From the NCBI GenBank assembly GCA_965287045.1, contig OZ336886.1, positions 38,998,001-39,062,000 on the forward strand: a stretch of DNA of 64,000 bases, given 5' to 3'. Below the pieces are notes generated by a model. The model was given only the letters and a program-made list of their open reading frames with translations, did not search any database and was not told the origin of the DNA. Of the stretch, positions 23,845 through 38,522 are shown in pieces. The position numbers and the translations under genes were made by a program. Position 1 is the stretch's first letter, and every line of letters begins with the position of its first letter. Origin of the DNA: Carcharhinus amblyrhynchos. Lineage: Eukaryota.

Positions 23845-25130
23845 CAACTACAAGAGAAATGCAGGGAAAGCATCGACAATTTTACATGATGTTCTTTGAT
23901 CTCGGAAGAGTCTTCAACGTTGTCTGTGCTGAGATATTATGGGGAAGTATTTTCTGTGTTGGCTGCCCCAGTGGTCACCATTCTCCACCTGCTTCACAAC
24001 GACACGTAGGCCGTGAAACTGACCAACGGATCCTCCACAAATCCAACTTATACCAATACTGTTCTCAATCTTGCTTCCAACATTGCACCATCTCACCCCC
24101 TGAAAGCTGCCAGTGAAATAGAGGTACATTACAGAACAAATAAGCATCTGTTCAGCATCCAATAGGTGCAGGCTGGATCCAGGGTCGTCCCATCTTTTCA
24201 TGCAACTGTATTTGGAAACGATGATTGTGCTTGCGCATTGGAGGCCAAGCTCCGAACCGTGGTCAACACTTTCACCAAGATGTATGAGAGCGTGGGCCTT
24301 TCACTAAATATCCAGAAGACAATGGTCCTCTTCCAACCTCCCTCGTCATACAGAACTGATGCCACCAAAACCTGTCATCAAAATCAACAACATGTTCTTG
24401 GAAAATGTGGACTACGTTCCATAACGTGACAAGTCACAATGGCAGACAGCAACAAACTTCAACACTGTCTTCAGTGTGCCAACACAGCCTTCTGTCACCT
24501 GAGGGTGTGTTTGAAGATCAGGAACACAGACAAGCACAAAGCTCATGGTCTACAGGGTCCTCGTGTTACAACCCTCTGTATGGCTCAGAGACCTGGACTC
24601 TGTACAGCAGGCACCTCAAACCTGGAGAAATCCCTCCAGTGCTGCCACTGCAAGATCCTGCAAATCCATTGGCTGCAAAGGCACACAACGTCAGTGGTAT
24701 CGCTCAGATCAATCTCCTGAGCATCGAAGCACTGACCAGGCTGAGTCAGCTCTGCTGGGCTGGCCACATCACCACGTCAGACAGGAGTCTCCCAAAGCAA
24801 TTGCTGTACTCAGAGCTTTGATACCTCAAGCCCCAGGAGGGCAGAGAAAATGCATCAAGAACATCCTGAAAACTTCTTTAGAATTTACAACAATGCCACT
24901 GACCCCAAGGAATCCCATGCTCAAGACTGCTTGAAGTGGATGAAAAGCATCTGAGGAGGAGCTGAACACCTTGATCTTCTTCACTGAGAGCAAGCGGAAG
25001 CCAAGCTTCATCAGGAGAAGGAGCACGGAGCAACCCACGCACTCAGCAGGTACCCCTCCATAATAGAGATCGTAGGCTGTCATTAGACTGCTCCATCAAC
25101 TGTGAATTTATTTTAAGTTTTGTTGCAAGT
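23845..25130 (+). mobile_element. RTE LINE fragment type C (unit 12)
   Basis: Near-identical to unit 3; ORF 24405-24821 shows VFEDQ..PLYGSETWTLYSRHLK..LCWAGHI..LPKQLLYSEL; ORF 24545-24934 shows GGQRKCIKNILKTSL. Confidence 0.88.
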
Positions 25131-26132
25131 GTGGAGAAGTGCAGGTGGAGTGTGGCATTGCCCAGTGTGGAGCAGTGTGGAAGGGTGGCAAACCTTGTAT
25201 GTCTTAGTGTGGGATGAGGACAGTGATCCAAATGAAGTGCAGTGAGCTCAACTGACTGTTGATCAGAGTTGTGGGGGGCTGGTTAGTGGCAAACTTGTAT
25301 CACGCAACGTGTGTCCAGACAGCCGATCTCAGTGTACAATGGTGATTTTGTAAGGAGGTGAGTGATGAACCCAGGGTAGAATACCATAAGAGGATAGCGG
25401 CACAAGAGAAGAAGGAGGAAACCAGTATGCAGCAGAGCACGAGGACAGCAGTCAACCTCTTGTGGAGCAGCAGAAGAGGAGAGAGATGAATCCAGTGTGA
25501 AGCAGCAAGATTGGCAAACCAAGTGTAGAACAATGTGTTATCAGGAAGGCAGAAGCAGTCTGGAGCAGGTTGGGTGGAATCAGCAGTCCAATATGAAACA
25601 TTGCAGGAGCGGTGAACCTAGGATGCCAATGTGGAACATAAATGATGAGCCCAGTTTTGAGTGGTGCCCGAGAAGAGCAATGGATCCAGTGTGAGTAGAA
25701 TGGGAGAAGAACATGAAACCAGTGTACAGCAATGTGAGAAGAGTACAGCAAATTGAATATTGTGCCGCGCAGCTAGCGCATGATAAATCCAGTTTGGGGC
25801 AGCGATGGAGAAGAGAGGAGAACACAGTATGGATCATTGTGGGAGAAGAGTAAAGACTCCAGTGTGGACCAGTCCAGGCAGAGTGCAGTGAACCCAGAGG
25901 AGTAGTGCACATGGATGGAGAACCCACTCTGGAACAGTATCGGATGTGATAGAGGTCCCGTTTCGAAGGAAGTAGGAGAAGGAGAAATAGTGATCCCAAT
26001 GTGGAGCAGTATGTGAGCTGAGTAACGATCCCAGTGAGGGGGCATGTGGATGCACGACAACAAAACCCATGTTGAGCAACACTGCAGCAAGTCCAGGATG
26101 CAGCTGTGAGGGAGGACAAATAAACCGAGCAG
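25131..26132 (+). repeat. Minisatellite block S2
   Basis: Collinear with 6131-7132. Confidence 0.85.
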
Positions 26133-27325
26133 CAACGACAAGGCAAATTCAGGGAACCGCACCAACCCTCGTGTATGACATTCTTTAATTGTGCAAGAGC
26201 CGTCAACATTGTCAATCCTGAGGGATTATGGCACACACTCCATCTCAGCTGCCCCAAATGTTTGTCACATTTCTCCAGCTGCTCCACAATGACATGCAAG
26301 CCTTGATCCTGACCAATGGATCCACCACAGATCAAGTTCGCTTTGGAAATGTGGTCATGAAATTCTGCATCATCACACCAGCGCTCTTCTCAATTTTGCT
26401 TCATGCACTCTCTGATCTCACACTCAGCAACCTGCCACTGGATTAGAGCTAAATTACAGAACAAACGACAATCTATTCAGTGATCCATACATGCAGGCCT
26501 GATCCAAAGTCGTCCTATCCTCCTGTCAGTCAACTACGTAAAGCAAATAATGATTGCGACTGCGCAAAATTGGAGGCCACGCTCCAAACCATGGTCAACA
26601 CCTTTTCCAAAATGTACGAGAGATGTACATAAATATGCTGTCACCTGAGGAAGTGTTTGAAGATCAGGAACTCAGTCAAATAACAGGGCTCATGGTCTAC
26701 AGTGCAGTAGTGTTACTGCCCATCTGTATGGCTCAAATGTTGATTATGTACAGCAGGCACCTCAAAACCCTGGAGAAGTAGCACCAGTGCTGCCTCTGGA
26801 TGATCCTGAAAATCCATTGATAGCATAAACACACACCAACACTCTTCTCAATTTTGCCACTGGACAATGGTCGCATTCAAGCCAATATCCCAGCATTGAA
26901 GCATTGACCATGCTGAGTCAACTCTGCTGGGCACACCATATGGCCAAATGTCTGACACGAGACACCCAGAGCAAATGCTGTACTTGAAGCTTCGATATTG
27001 CAAGCAAGTCCCATCGGAGCAGGAAAAATGCATCAATAACACCCTGAGAACGTCCTCAAAACTTAGAACAACCCCACTGATAGCAGGGAATCCCTTGCGC
27101 AAGACCATTTAAAATGGATGAAAAGCACTGAAAAGGAGCTGAGCACCTTGATCTTCATCGCCAAGAGCAAGCGGAAGTCGAGTAGTGTCAGGAAAGGAGT
27201 GCATACTGATCCACTCACTCAACCACTCCTCGATTCCATATCTGCCCCCCGTGATGGAAATTGTAGGCTATCATTCAACTGTTCTGCCTGCCATCTGTGA
27301 AATTATTTTGAGTGTTGTAGTCAGT
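26133..27325 (+). mobile_element. RTE LINE fragment type A (unit 13)
   Basis: Near-identical to unit 4 (offset 19000). Confidence 0.85.
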
Positions 27326-28357
27326 GTGGAGAAGCACAGGGAGTGTTGCATGCCCAGAGTGAAGAGGGCAGGAGACAGGTGGCAAACCCAGTATGAAGTA
27401 ACACTGAATGAGGACGGAGATCCTAATGAGGAGCAGCAGCTGAGGAGACTGTCTAACCAAGTATTGAGTGGAGTGGGACGTTTATTGGTGAACTTGTATA
27501 ATGCAACATACGACCAGAGAACTGATCCTAGAGTAGAAGAGTGTTTTAGTAAGGAGATGAATAGTGATCCCAGGGTGGAACAGCATGAGAGGATGGCAGG
27601 AAATGCAGTGTGGAGCAGTTTGAGAGGGGAGTGCTGAACCTAGTCTGGAGGAGTATGAGAGGAGAGAGTTGTATCCAGCATTGAGCAGCAAGGTTGGCGA
27701 ACCAAGTGTAGAACAATGTGTTATCAGGAAAATGAAAGAAGTGTGGAGCAAGGCATCAGCAAACCGGTATGAAGCATCGCAGGAGCAGAGCGATGGAGCC
27801 AGTATGGCGTGACTGGAGACAAGATCTGCAACCTCTTTGTAATACGATGTAGAATGTAAACGAGCAGCCTATTTTCAAGTGGTGAAGCAGGATGGCAATG
27901 AACCCAGTGTGAGCAGATCGGAGAAGAGCAATGAAACCAGTGCAGAGAAATGTGAGAATAGTACTGTGAGTTGAATATGGTGCAGCACAGGAGAAGAGGA
28001 ATAGTCTGGAGTAATGGAAGAAGACAGAAGCGAACACAGTTATCGTAGAATAGCAAAGAAACCAGTGTGGCCCAGTGCAGGCAGAGTGCAGTAAACCCAG
28101 TCGGACAGTGCACAGGGATGTCAAACCCAGTGTGGAGCACCACGGCAGGAGAGGGAAATCTCAGTTGAGAAGAATATGGGAGGAGGTGGTGGGGCAATCC
28201 CAGTGTGGAGCAGCGTGTGAGGAGAGCGGTGGAACCCACTGAGTCGCACAGGAGCAGTGGGCTGAACGCAGTGTGGAGCCATTTGGATGCATGTCCATGA
28301 ACCCAGGTCAGCTGAGCAGTTCAGCAGGACACCTGGGTTGGAGAAGCATGGTACGAG
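27326..28357 (+). repeat. Minisatellite block S1a
   Basis: Collinear with 1638-2664. Confidence 0.83.
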
Positions 28358-29505
28358 CAACTACAAGAGAAATGCAGGGAAAGCATCAACAACTTTACAT
28401 GACCTTCTTTGATCTCAGAAGAGCCTTCAACATTGTGTATGCTGAGAGATTATGGGAAACTATCCTCTGTTGGCTGCCCCAGTGGTCACCATTCTCCACC
28501 TGCTTCACAGTGACACGTAGGCCGTGATCCTGACCAACAGATTCACCACAGATCCAATTCACTTTGGAAATGTAGTCATGAAATTCTGCATCATCACTCC
28601 AACGCTCTTCTCAATTTTGCTTCGTGCAATGCTCTATCTCACACTTAGAGCTAAATTACAGAACATACGACAATCTATTCAGCGATCCTTGCGTGCAGGC
28701 CTGATCCAAAGTCGTCCTATCCTCCTGTCAGTCCACTACGTATAGCAAATGATGATCGCGACCGTACAAAATTTGAGGCCGTCTTCCAAACCATGGTCAA
28801 CACCTTCTTGAAGATGTACGAGAGCATGAGCCTTACATTAAATATTCTGTCACCTGAGGAAGTGTTTGAAGATCAGGAACTCAGTCCCAGAACAGGGCTC
28901 ATGGTTTAGAGTGCAGTTGTGTTACTGCCCATCTATATGGCTCAGGGATGTTGATTATGTACAGCAGGCACCTCAAAACCCTGGAGAAGTTGCACCAGCG
29001 CTGCCTCTGGATGATCCTGAAAATCCATTGGCAGAATAAACACATAACGTCAGTGGTCTCATTCAAGCCAATATCCCAGCATTGATGCATTGACCATGCT
29101 GAGTCAACTCTGCTGGACAGGCCAAACCACCACATGTCTGACACGAGTTACCCAAAGCAAACGTTGTGCTTGGAGCTTTGATACTGCAAGTCCCACTGGA
29201 GCAGGAATAATGCATCAGTAACACCCTGAAAATGTCCTCAAAACTTACAACAACCCCATTGACACCAGGGAATCCCTCGCGCACGACCACTTAAAATGGA
29301 TGAAAAGCATTGAAAAGGAGCTGGACACCTTGATCTTCATTGCCAAGAGCCAGCGGATGTTGAGCAGTTTTTGGGAAAGGAGTGCGTAGCAATCCACTCA
29401 CTCACCCATTCCTTTATTCCATATCAGCACCCCCATGATAGAGATTGTAGGCTGTCATTAGACTGTTCCGCCATCTGTGAAATTATTTTGAGTGTTGTAG
29501 TAAGT
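28358..29505 (+). mobile_element. RTE LINE fragment type B (unit 14)
   Basis: Collinear with unit 2. Confidence 0.85.
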
Positions 29506-30537
29506 GTGGAGAAGCGCGGGGAGTGTTGCATGCCCAGTGTGGAGAGGGCAGGAGACAGGTGGCAAACCCAGTATGAAGTAACACGGAATGAAGACGGAGA
29601 TCCTAATGAGGAGCAGTAAAAGAGGAGACTGTTTAACTGAGTGTTGAGTGGAGTGGGGCATTTATCTGTGAACTTCTGTAATGCAACATCGGGCCAGAAA
29701 ACTGATCCTAGATTACAACAGTGTTTTCGTAAGGAAATGAATAGCGATCCCGGGGTAGAACAGCATGAGAGGATGGGCAGCAAATGCAGTGTGGACAGTT
29801 TGAGAGGGGAGTGCTGAACCCAGTCTGGAGCAGTATGAGAGGAGAGAGTTGAATCCAGTGTTGAGCAGCGAGGTTGGCGAACCAAGTGTAGAACAATGTG
29901 TTATCAGGAAAATGATAGAAGTATGGAACAAGGCAGCAGCAATCCGGTATGAAGCATCGCAGGAGCAGAGCGCTGGAGCCAGTACGGCGTGACAGGGCAG
30001 AAGATCTGCAAACTCTTTATAATGTGATGTAGGATATAAACAAACAGCCTATTTTCGAGTGGTGAAGCAGGACAGCAATGAACCCACTGCGAGCTGATAG
30101 GAGAAGAGCAATGAAACCAGTGCGGAGCAATGTGAGAAGAGTACTGTGAGTTGAATATGGTGCAGCGCAGGAGAAGAGGAATAGTCTGGAGTAATGGAGG
30201 AAGAGAGAAGTGAACACAGTGATTGTGGGAGAAGAGCGAAGAAACCAGTGAGGCCCAGAGCAGGCAGAGTGTACTGAACCCAGTCGAGCAATGCGCAGGG
30301 ATGTCAAACCCAGTGTGGAGCGCCACGGGAGGAGAGTGAAGATCTCAGTTTAGAAGAACGTGCGAGGAGGTAGTGGGGCAATCCCAGTGTGGAGCAGCTG
30401 TGAGAAGAGCGGTGGAACCCTTTGAGTAGCACAGGAGCAGAGGGCTGATCCCAGTGTGGAGCCATTTGGATGCATGACGATGAACCCAGTGTTGAGCAGT
30501 TCAGCAGGAAACCTGAGGCAGAGAAGCATGGGACGAG
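29506..30537 (+). repeat. Minisatellite block S1b
   Basis: Collinear with 3815-4844. Confidence 0.83.
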
Positions 30538-31826
30538 CAACTACAAGAGAAATGCAGGAAAAGCATCAACAATTTTACATGATCTTCTTTGATCTTGGAA
30601 GAGTCTTCAACGTTGTCTGTGCTGAGAGATTATGGGGAACTATGCTCTGTGTTGGCTGCCCCAGTGGTCACCATTATCCACCTGCTTCACAATGACACGT
30701 AGGCCATGAGCCTGACTAATGGATCCACCACAAATCCAATTTATACCAATACTGTTCTCAATCTTGCTTCCTACATTGCACCATCTCAGCCCAGAAAGCT
30801 GCCAGTGAAATAGGGCTAAATTACAGATCAAACAAGAATCTGTTCGGCATCCAATAGGTGCAGGCATGATCCAGGGTCGTCCCATCTTGTCATGGAACTG
30901 TATTTGGAAACGATGATTGTGCTTGTGCACAACTGGAGGCCAAGCTCCGAACCATGGTCAACACTTTCACCAAGATGTATGAGAGCGTGGGCCTTTCACT
31001 AAATATCCAGAAGACAATGGTCCTCTTCCAACCTCCCTCATCGTACAGAACTGATGCTGCCAAAACCAGTCATCAAAATCAACAACATGTTCTTAGAAAA
31101 TGTGGACTACATTCCATAACGTGACAAGTCACAATGGCAGACAACAACAAACTTCAACACTGTCTTCAGTGTGCCAACGCAGCCTTCTGTCACCTGAGGA
31201 TGTGTTTGAAGATCAGGAACTCAGACAAGCACAAAGCTCATGGTCTACAGGGTCCGAGTGTTACAACCCTCTATATGGCTCAGAGACGTGGACTCTGTAC
31301 AGCAGGCACCTCAAGCCCTGGAGAAATCTCTCCAGTGCTGCCACTGCGAGATCCAGCAAATCCATTGGGTGCAAAGGCACACAACGTCAGTGGTATTGCT
31401 CAGATCAATCTCCTGACCATCGAAGCACTGACCAGGCTGAGTCATCTCTGCTGGGCTGGCCACATCACCACGTCAGACAGGAGTCTCCCAAAGCAATTGC
31501 TGTACTCAGAGCTTTGATACAGCAAGCCCCAGGAGGGTAGAGAAAATGCATCAAGAACATCCCGAAAACTTCTTTAGAATTTACAACAATGCCACTGACC
31601 CCAAGGAATCCTATGCTCAAGACTGCTTGAAGTGGATGAAAAACATCTGAGGAGGAGCTGAACACCTTGATCTTCTTCACTGAGAGCAAGCGGAAGCCAA
31701 GCTTCATCAGGAGAAGGAGCACGGAGCAACCCACGCACTCAGCAGGTACCCCTCCATAATAGAGATCGTAGGCTGTCATTAGACTGCTCCATCAACTGTG
31801 AATTTATTTTATGTGTTGTTGCAAGT
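30538..31826 (+). mobile_element. RTE LINE fragment type C (unit 15)
   Basis: Collinear with units 3 and 5. Confidence 0.87.
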
Positions 31827-32828
31827 GTGGAGAAGTGCAGGTGGAGTGTGGCATTGCCCAGTGTGGAGCAGTGTGGAAGGGTGGCAAACCTTGTATGTCT
31901 TAGTGTGGGATGAGGACAGTGATCCAAATGAAGAGCAGTGAGCTCAACTGACTGTTGATCAGAGTTGTGGGGGGCTGGTTAGTGGCAAACTTGTATCACG
32001 CAACGTGTGTCCAGACAGCCGATCTCAGTGTACAATGGTGGTTTTGTAAGGAGGTGAGTGATGAACCCAGGGTAGAATACCATAAGAGGATAGCGGCACA
32101 AGAGAAGAAGGAGGAAACCAGTATGCAGCAGAGCACGAGGACAGCAGTCAACCTCTTGTGGAGCAGCAGAAGAGGAGAGAGATGAATCCAGTGTGAAGCA
32201 GCAAGATTGGCAAACCAAGTGTAGAACAATGTGTTATCAGGAAGGCAGAAGCAGTCTGGAGCAGGTTGGGTGGAATCAGCAGTCCAATATGAAACATTGC
32301 AGTAGCGGTGAACCTAGGATGCCAATGTGGAACATAAATGATGAGCCCAGTTTTGAGTGGTGCCCGAGAAGAGCAATGGATCCAGTGTGAGTAGAATGGG
32401 AGAAGAACATGAAACCAGTGTACAGCAATGTGAGAAGAGTACAGCAAATTGAATATTGTGCCGCGCAGCTAGCGCATGATAAATCCAGTCTGGGGCAGTG
32501 AAGGAGAAGAGAGGAGAACACAGTATGGACCATTGTGGGAGAAGAGTGAAGACTCCAGTGTGGACCAGTCCAGGCAGAGTGCAGTGAACCCAGAGGAGTA
32601 GTGCACATGGATGGAGAACCCACTCTGGAACAGTATCGGATGTGATAGAGGTCCCGTTTGGAAGGAAGTAGGAGAAGGAGAAATAGTGATCCCAATGTGG
32701 AGCAGTATGTGAGCTGAGTAACGATCCCAGTGAGGGGGCATGTGGATGCACGACAACAAAACCCATGTTGAGCAGCACTGCAGCAAGTCCAGGATGCAGC
32801 TGTGAGGGAGGACAAATAAACCGAGCAG
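31827..32828 (+). repeat. Minisatellite block S2
   Basis: Near-identical to 25131-26132 (offset 6696). Confidence 0.85.
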
Positions 32829-34021
32829 CAACGACAAGGCAAATTCAGGGAACCGCACCAACCCTCGTGTATGACATTCTTTAATTGTGCAAGAGCCGTC
32901 AACATTGTCAATCCTGAGGGATTATGGCACACACTCCATCTCAGCTGCCCCAAATGTTTGTCACATTTCTCCAGCTGCTCCACAATGACATGCAAGCCTT
33001 GATCCTGACCAATGGATCCACCACAGATCAAGTTCTCTTTGGAAATGTGGTCATGAAATTCTGCATCATCACACCAACGCTCTTCTCAATTTTGCTTCAT
33101 GCACTCTCTGATCTCACACTCAGCAACCTGCCACTGGATTAGAGCTAAATTACAGAACAAACGACAATCTATTCAGTGATCCATACATGCAGGCCTGATC
33201 CAAACTCGTCCTATCCTCCTGTCAGTCAACTACGTATAGCAAATAATGATCGCGACTGCGCAAAATTGGAGGCCACGCTCCAAACCATGGTCAACACCTT
33301 TTCCAAAATGTACGAGAGATGTACATAAATATGCTGTCACCTGAGGAAGTGTTTGAAGATCAGGAACTCAGTCAAATAACAGGGCTCATGGTCTACAGTG
33401 CAGTAGTGTTACTGCCCATCTGTATGGCTCAAATGTTGATTATGTACAGCAGGCACCTCAAAACCCTGGAGAAGTAGCACCAGTGCTGCCTCTGGATGAT
33501 CCTGAAAATTCATTGATAGCATAAACACACACCAACACTCTTCTCAATTTTGCCACTGGACAATGGTCGCATTCAAGCCAATATCCCAGCATTGAAGCAT
33601 TGACCATGCTGAGTCAACTCTGCTGGGCACACCACATGGCCAAATGTCTGACACGAGACACCCAGAGCAAATGCTGTACTTGAAGCTTCGATATTGCAAG
33701 CAAGTCCCATCGGAGCAGGAAAAATGCATCAATAACACCTTGAGAACGTCCTCAAAACTTAGAACAACCCCACTGATAGCAGGGAATCCCTTGTGCAAGA
33801 CCATTTAAAATGGATGAAAAGCACTGAAAAGGAGCTGAGCACCTTGATCTTCATCGCCAAGAGCAAGCGGAAGTCGAGTAGTGTCAGGAAAGGAGTGCAT
33901 ACTGATCCACTCACTCAACCACTCCTCGATTCCATATCTGCCCCCCGTGATGGAAATTGTAGGCTATCATTCAACTGTTCTGCCTGCCATCTGTGAAATT
34001 ATTTTGAGTTTTGTAGTCAGT
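32829..34021 (+). mobile_element. RTE LINE fragment type A (unit 16)
   Basis: Near-identical to unit 13. Confidence 0.85.
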
Positions 34022-35053
34022 GTGGAGAAGCACAGGGAGTGTTGCATGCCCAGTGTGAAGAGGGCAGGAGACAGGTGGCAAACCCAGTATGAAGTAAACT
34101 GAATGAGGACGAAGATCCTAATGAGGAGCAGCAGCTGAGGAGACTGTCTAACTAAGTATTGAGTGGAGTGGGACGTTTATTAGTGAACTTGTATAATGCA
34201 ACATACGACCAGAGAACTGATCCTAGAGTAGAAGAGTGTTTTAGTAAGGAGATGAATAGTGATCCCAGGGTAGAACAGCATGAGCGGATGGCAGGAAATG
34301 CAGTGTGGAGCAGTTTGAGAGGGGAGTGCTGAACCCAGTCTGGAGCAGTATGAGAGGAGAGAGTTGTATCCAGCATTGAGCAGCAAGGTTGGCGAACCAA
34401 GTGTAGAACAATGTGTTATCAGGAAAGTGAAAGAAGTGTGGAGCAAGGCATCAGCAATCCGGTATGAAGCATCGCAGGAGCAGAGCGATGGAGCCAGTAT
34501 GGCGTGACTGGAGACAAGATCTGCAACCTCTTTATAATACGATGTAGAATATAAACGACCAGCCTATTTTCAAGTGGTGAAGCAGGATGGCAATGAACCC
34601 AGTGCGAGCAGATCGGAGAAGAGCAATGAAACCAGTGCAGAGCAATGTGAGAATAGTACTGTGAGTTGAATATGGTGCAGCACAGGAGAAGAGGAATAGT
34701 CTGGAATAATGGAAGAAGACAGAAGCGAACACAGTTATCGTAGAAGAGCAAAGAAAGCAGTGTGGCCCAGTGCAGGCAGAGTGCAGTAAACCCAGTCGAG
34801 CAGCACGCAGGGATGTCAAACCCAGTGTGGAGCACCACGGCAGGAGAGGGAAGATCTCAGTTGAGAAGAATATGGGAGGAGGTGGTGGGGCAATCCCAGT
34901 GTGGAGCAGCGTGTGAGGAGAGCGGTGGAACCCACTGAGTCGCACAGGAGCAGTGGGCTGAACGCAGTGTGGAGCCATTTGGATGCATGTCCATGAACCC
35001 AGGTCAGCTGAGCAGTTCAGCAGGACACCTGGGTTGGAGAAGCATGGGACGAG
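34022..35053 (+). repeat. Minisatellite block S1a
   Basis: Near-identical to 27326-28357. Confidence 0.83.
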
Positions 35054-36201
35054 CAACTACAAGAGAAATGCAGGGAAAGCATCAACAACTTTACATGACC
35101 TTCTTTGATCTCAGAAGAGACTTCAACATTGTGTATGCTGAGAGATTATGGGAAACTATCCTCTGTTGGCTGCCCCAGTGGTCACCATTCTCCACCTGCT
35201 TCACAGTAACACGTAGGCCGTGATCCTGACCAACGCATTCACCACAGATCCAATTCACTTTGGAAATGTAGTCATGAAATTCTGCATCATCACTCCAACG
35301 CTCTTCTCAATTTTCCTTCTTGCAATGCTCTATCTCACACTTAGAGCTAAATTACAGAACATACGACAATCTATTCAGCGATCCTTGCGTGCAGGCCTGA
35401 TCCAAAGTCGTCCTATCCTCCTGTCAGTCCACTACGTATAGCAAATGATGATCGCGACCGTACAAAATTTGAGGCCGTCTTCCAAACCATGATCAACACC
35501 TTCTTGAAGATGTACGAGAGCATGAGCCTTACATTAAATATTCTGTCACCTGAGGAAGTGTTTGAAGATCAGGAACTCAGTCCCAGAACAGGGCTTATGG
35601 TTCACAGTGCAGTTGTGTTACTGCCCATCTATATGGCTCAGGGATGTTGATTATGCACAGCAGGCATCTCAAAACCCTGGAGAAGTTGCACCAGCGCTGC
35701 CTCTGGATGATCCTGAAAATCCATTGGCAGCATAAACACATAACGTCAGTGGTCTCATTCAAGCCAATATCCCAGCATTGAAGCATTGACCATGCTGAGT
35801 CAACTCTGCTGGACAGGCCAAACCACCACATGTCTGACACGAGTTACCCAAAGCAAACGTTGTGCTGGGAGCTTTGATACTGCAAGTCCCACTGGAGCAG
35901 GAATAATGCATCAGTAACACCCTGAAAATGTCCTCAAAACTTACAACAACCCCATTGACACCAGCGAATCCCTCGCGCACGACCACTTAAAATGGATGAA
36001 AAGCATTGAAAAGGAGCTAGACACCTTGATCTTCATTGCCAAGAGCCAGCGGATGTTGAGCAGTTTTTGGGAAAGGAGCGCGTAGCAATCCACTCACCCA
36101 CCCATTCCTCTATTCCATATCAGCACCCCCATGATAGAGATTGTAGGCTGTCATTAGACTGTTCCGCCATCTGTGAAATTATTTTGAGTGTTGTACTAAG
36201 T
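35054..36201 (+). mobile_element. RTE LINE fragment type B (unit 17)
   Basis: Near-identical to unit 14. Confidence 0.85.
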
Positions 36202-37233
36202 GTGGAGAAGCGCGGGGAGTGTTGCATGCCCAGTGTGGAGAGGGCAGGAGACAGGTGGCAATCCCAGTATGAAGTAACACTGAATGAGGACGGTGATCCT
36301 AATGAGGAGCAGCAGCTGAGGAGAGTGTTTAACTAAGTATTGAGTGGATGGGGCGTTTATTGGTGAACTTGTATAATGCAACACAGGACCAGAGAACTGA
36401 TCCTAGATTACAACATTGTTTTAGTAAGGAGATGAATAGTGATCCCAGGGTAGAACAGCATGAGAGGATGGGCAGCAAATGCAGTGTGGAGCAGTTTGAG
36501 AGGGGAGTGCTGAACCCAGTCTGGAGCAGTATGAGAGGAGAGAGTTGAATCCAGCGTTGAGCAGCAAGGTTGGTGAACCAAGTGTAGAAAAATGTGTTAT
36601 CAGGAAAGTGAAAGAAGTATGGAGCAAGGCATCAGCAATCCGGTATGAAGCATCGCAGGAGCAGAGCGGTGGAGCCAGTACGGCATGACAGGGCAGAAGA
36701 TCTGCAAACTCTTTATAATGCGATGGAGGATATAAACAACCAGCCTATTTTCGAGTGGTGAAGCAGGACAGCAATGAACCCAGTGCGAGCTGATAGGAGA
36801 AGAGCAATGAAACCAGTGCGGAGCAATGTGAGAAGAGTACTGTGAGTTGAATATGGTGCAGCGCAGGAGAAGAGGAATAGTCTGGAGCAATGGAGGAAGA
36901 GAGAAGTGAACATAGTGATTGTGGGAGAAGAGTGAAGAAACCAGTGAGGCCCAGAGCAGGCAGAGTGTACTGAACCCAGTCGAGCAATGCGCAGGGATGT
37001 CAAACGCAGTGTGGAGCGCCACGGGAGGAGAGTGAAGATCTCAGTTTAGAAGAATGTGCGAGGAGGTAGTGGGGCAATCCCAGTGTGGAGCAGCTGTGAG
37101 AAGAGCGGTGGAACCCATTGAGTAGCACAGGAGCAGAGGGCTGATCCCAGTGTGGAGCCATTTAGATGCATGACGATGAACCCAGTGTTGAGCAGTTCAG
37201 CAGGAAACCTGAGGCAGAGAAGCATGGGACGAG
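36202..37233 (+). repeat. Minisatellite block S1b
   Basis: Collinear with 29506-30537. Confidence 0.83.
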
Positions 37234-38522
37234 CAACTACAAGAGAAATGCAGGAAAAGCATCAACAATTTTACATGATCTTCTTTGATCTCGGAAGAGT
37301 CTTCAACGTTGTCTGTGCTGAGAGATTATGGGGAACTATGCTCTGTGTTGGCTGCCCCAGTGGTCACCATTATCCACCTGCTTCACAATGACACGTAGGC
37401 CATGAGCCTGACCAACGGATCCACCACAAATCCAATTTATACCAATACTGTTCTCAATCTTGCTTCCTACATTGCACCATCTCAGCCCAGAAAGCTGCCA
37501 GTGAAATAGGGCTAAATTACAGATCAAACAACAATCTGTTCGGCATCCAATAGGTGCACGCATGATCCAGGGTCGTCCCATCTTGTCATGGAACTGTATT
37601 TGGAAACAATGATTGTGCTTGTGCACAACTGGAGGCCAAGCTCCGAACCATGGTCAACACTTTCACCAAGATGTATGAGAGCGTGGGCCTTTCACTAAAT
37701 ATCCAGAAGACAATGGTCCTCTTCCAACCTCCCTCATCGTACAGAACTGATGCTGCCAAAACCAGTCATCAAAATCAACAACATGTTCTTAGAAAATGTG
37801 GACTACATTCCATAACGTGACAAGTCACAATGGCAGACAACAACAAACTTCAACACTGTCTTCAGTGTGCCAACGCAGCCTTCTGTCACCTGAGGAGGTG
37901 TTTGAAGATCAGGAACTCAGACAAGCACAAGGCTCATGGTCTACAGGGTCCGAGTGTTACAACCCTCTATATGGCTCAGAGACGTGGACTCTGTACAGCA
38001 GGCACCTCAAGCCCTGGAGAAATCTCTCCAGTGCTGCCACTGCGAGATCCAGCAAATCCATTGGGTGCAAAGGCACACAACGTCAGTGGTATCGCTCAGA
38101 TCAATCTCCTGAGCATCGAAGCACTGACCAGGCTGAGTCAGCTCTGCTGGGCTGGCCACATCACCACATCAGACAGGAGTCTCCCAAAGCAATTGCTGTA
38201 CTCAGAGCTTTGATACAGCAAGCTCCAGGAGTGTAGAGAAAATGCATCAAGAACATCCTGAAAACTTCTTCACAATTTACAACACTGCCACTGACCCCAA
38301 GGAATCCCATGCCCAAGACCGCTTGAAGTGGATGAAAAGCATCTGAGAAGGAGCTGAACACCTTGATCTTCATCACTGAGAGCAAGCGGAAGCCAAGCAT
38401 CATCAGGAGAAGGAGCACGGAGCAACTCACGCACTCAGCCACAACCCCCCTGTAATCGAGATTGTATGCTGTCATTAGGCTGCTCCATCAGCTGTGAATT
38501 TATTTTAAGTGTTATCGCAAGT
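37234..38522 (+). mobile_element. RTE LINE fragment type C (unit 18)
   Basis: Close to units 15 and 5. Confidence 0.87.

Noticed and set aside
19000-27700. Artificial or mis-assembled duplication, suggested by the round 19,000-bp offset
   Set aside because: The offset drifts between 18998 and 19000, and the copies differ by many substitutions and a converted patch. Read support is still needed to exclude it fully.
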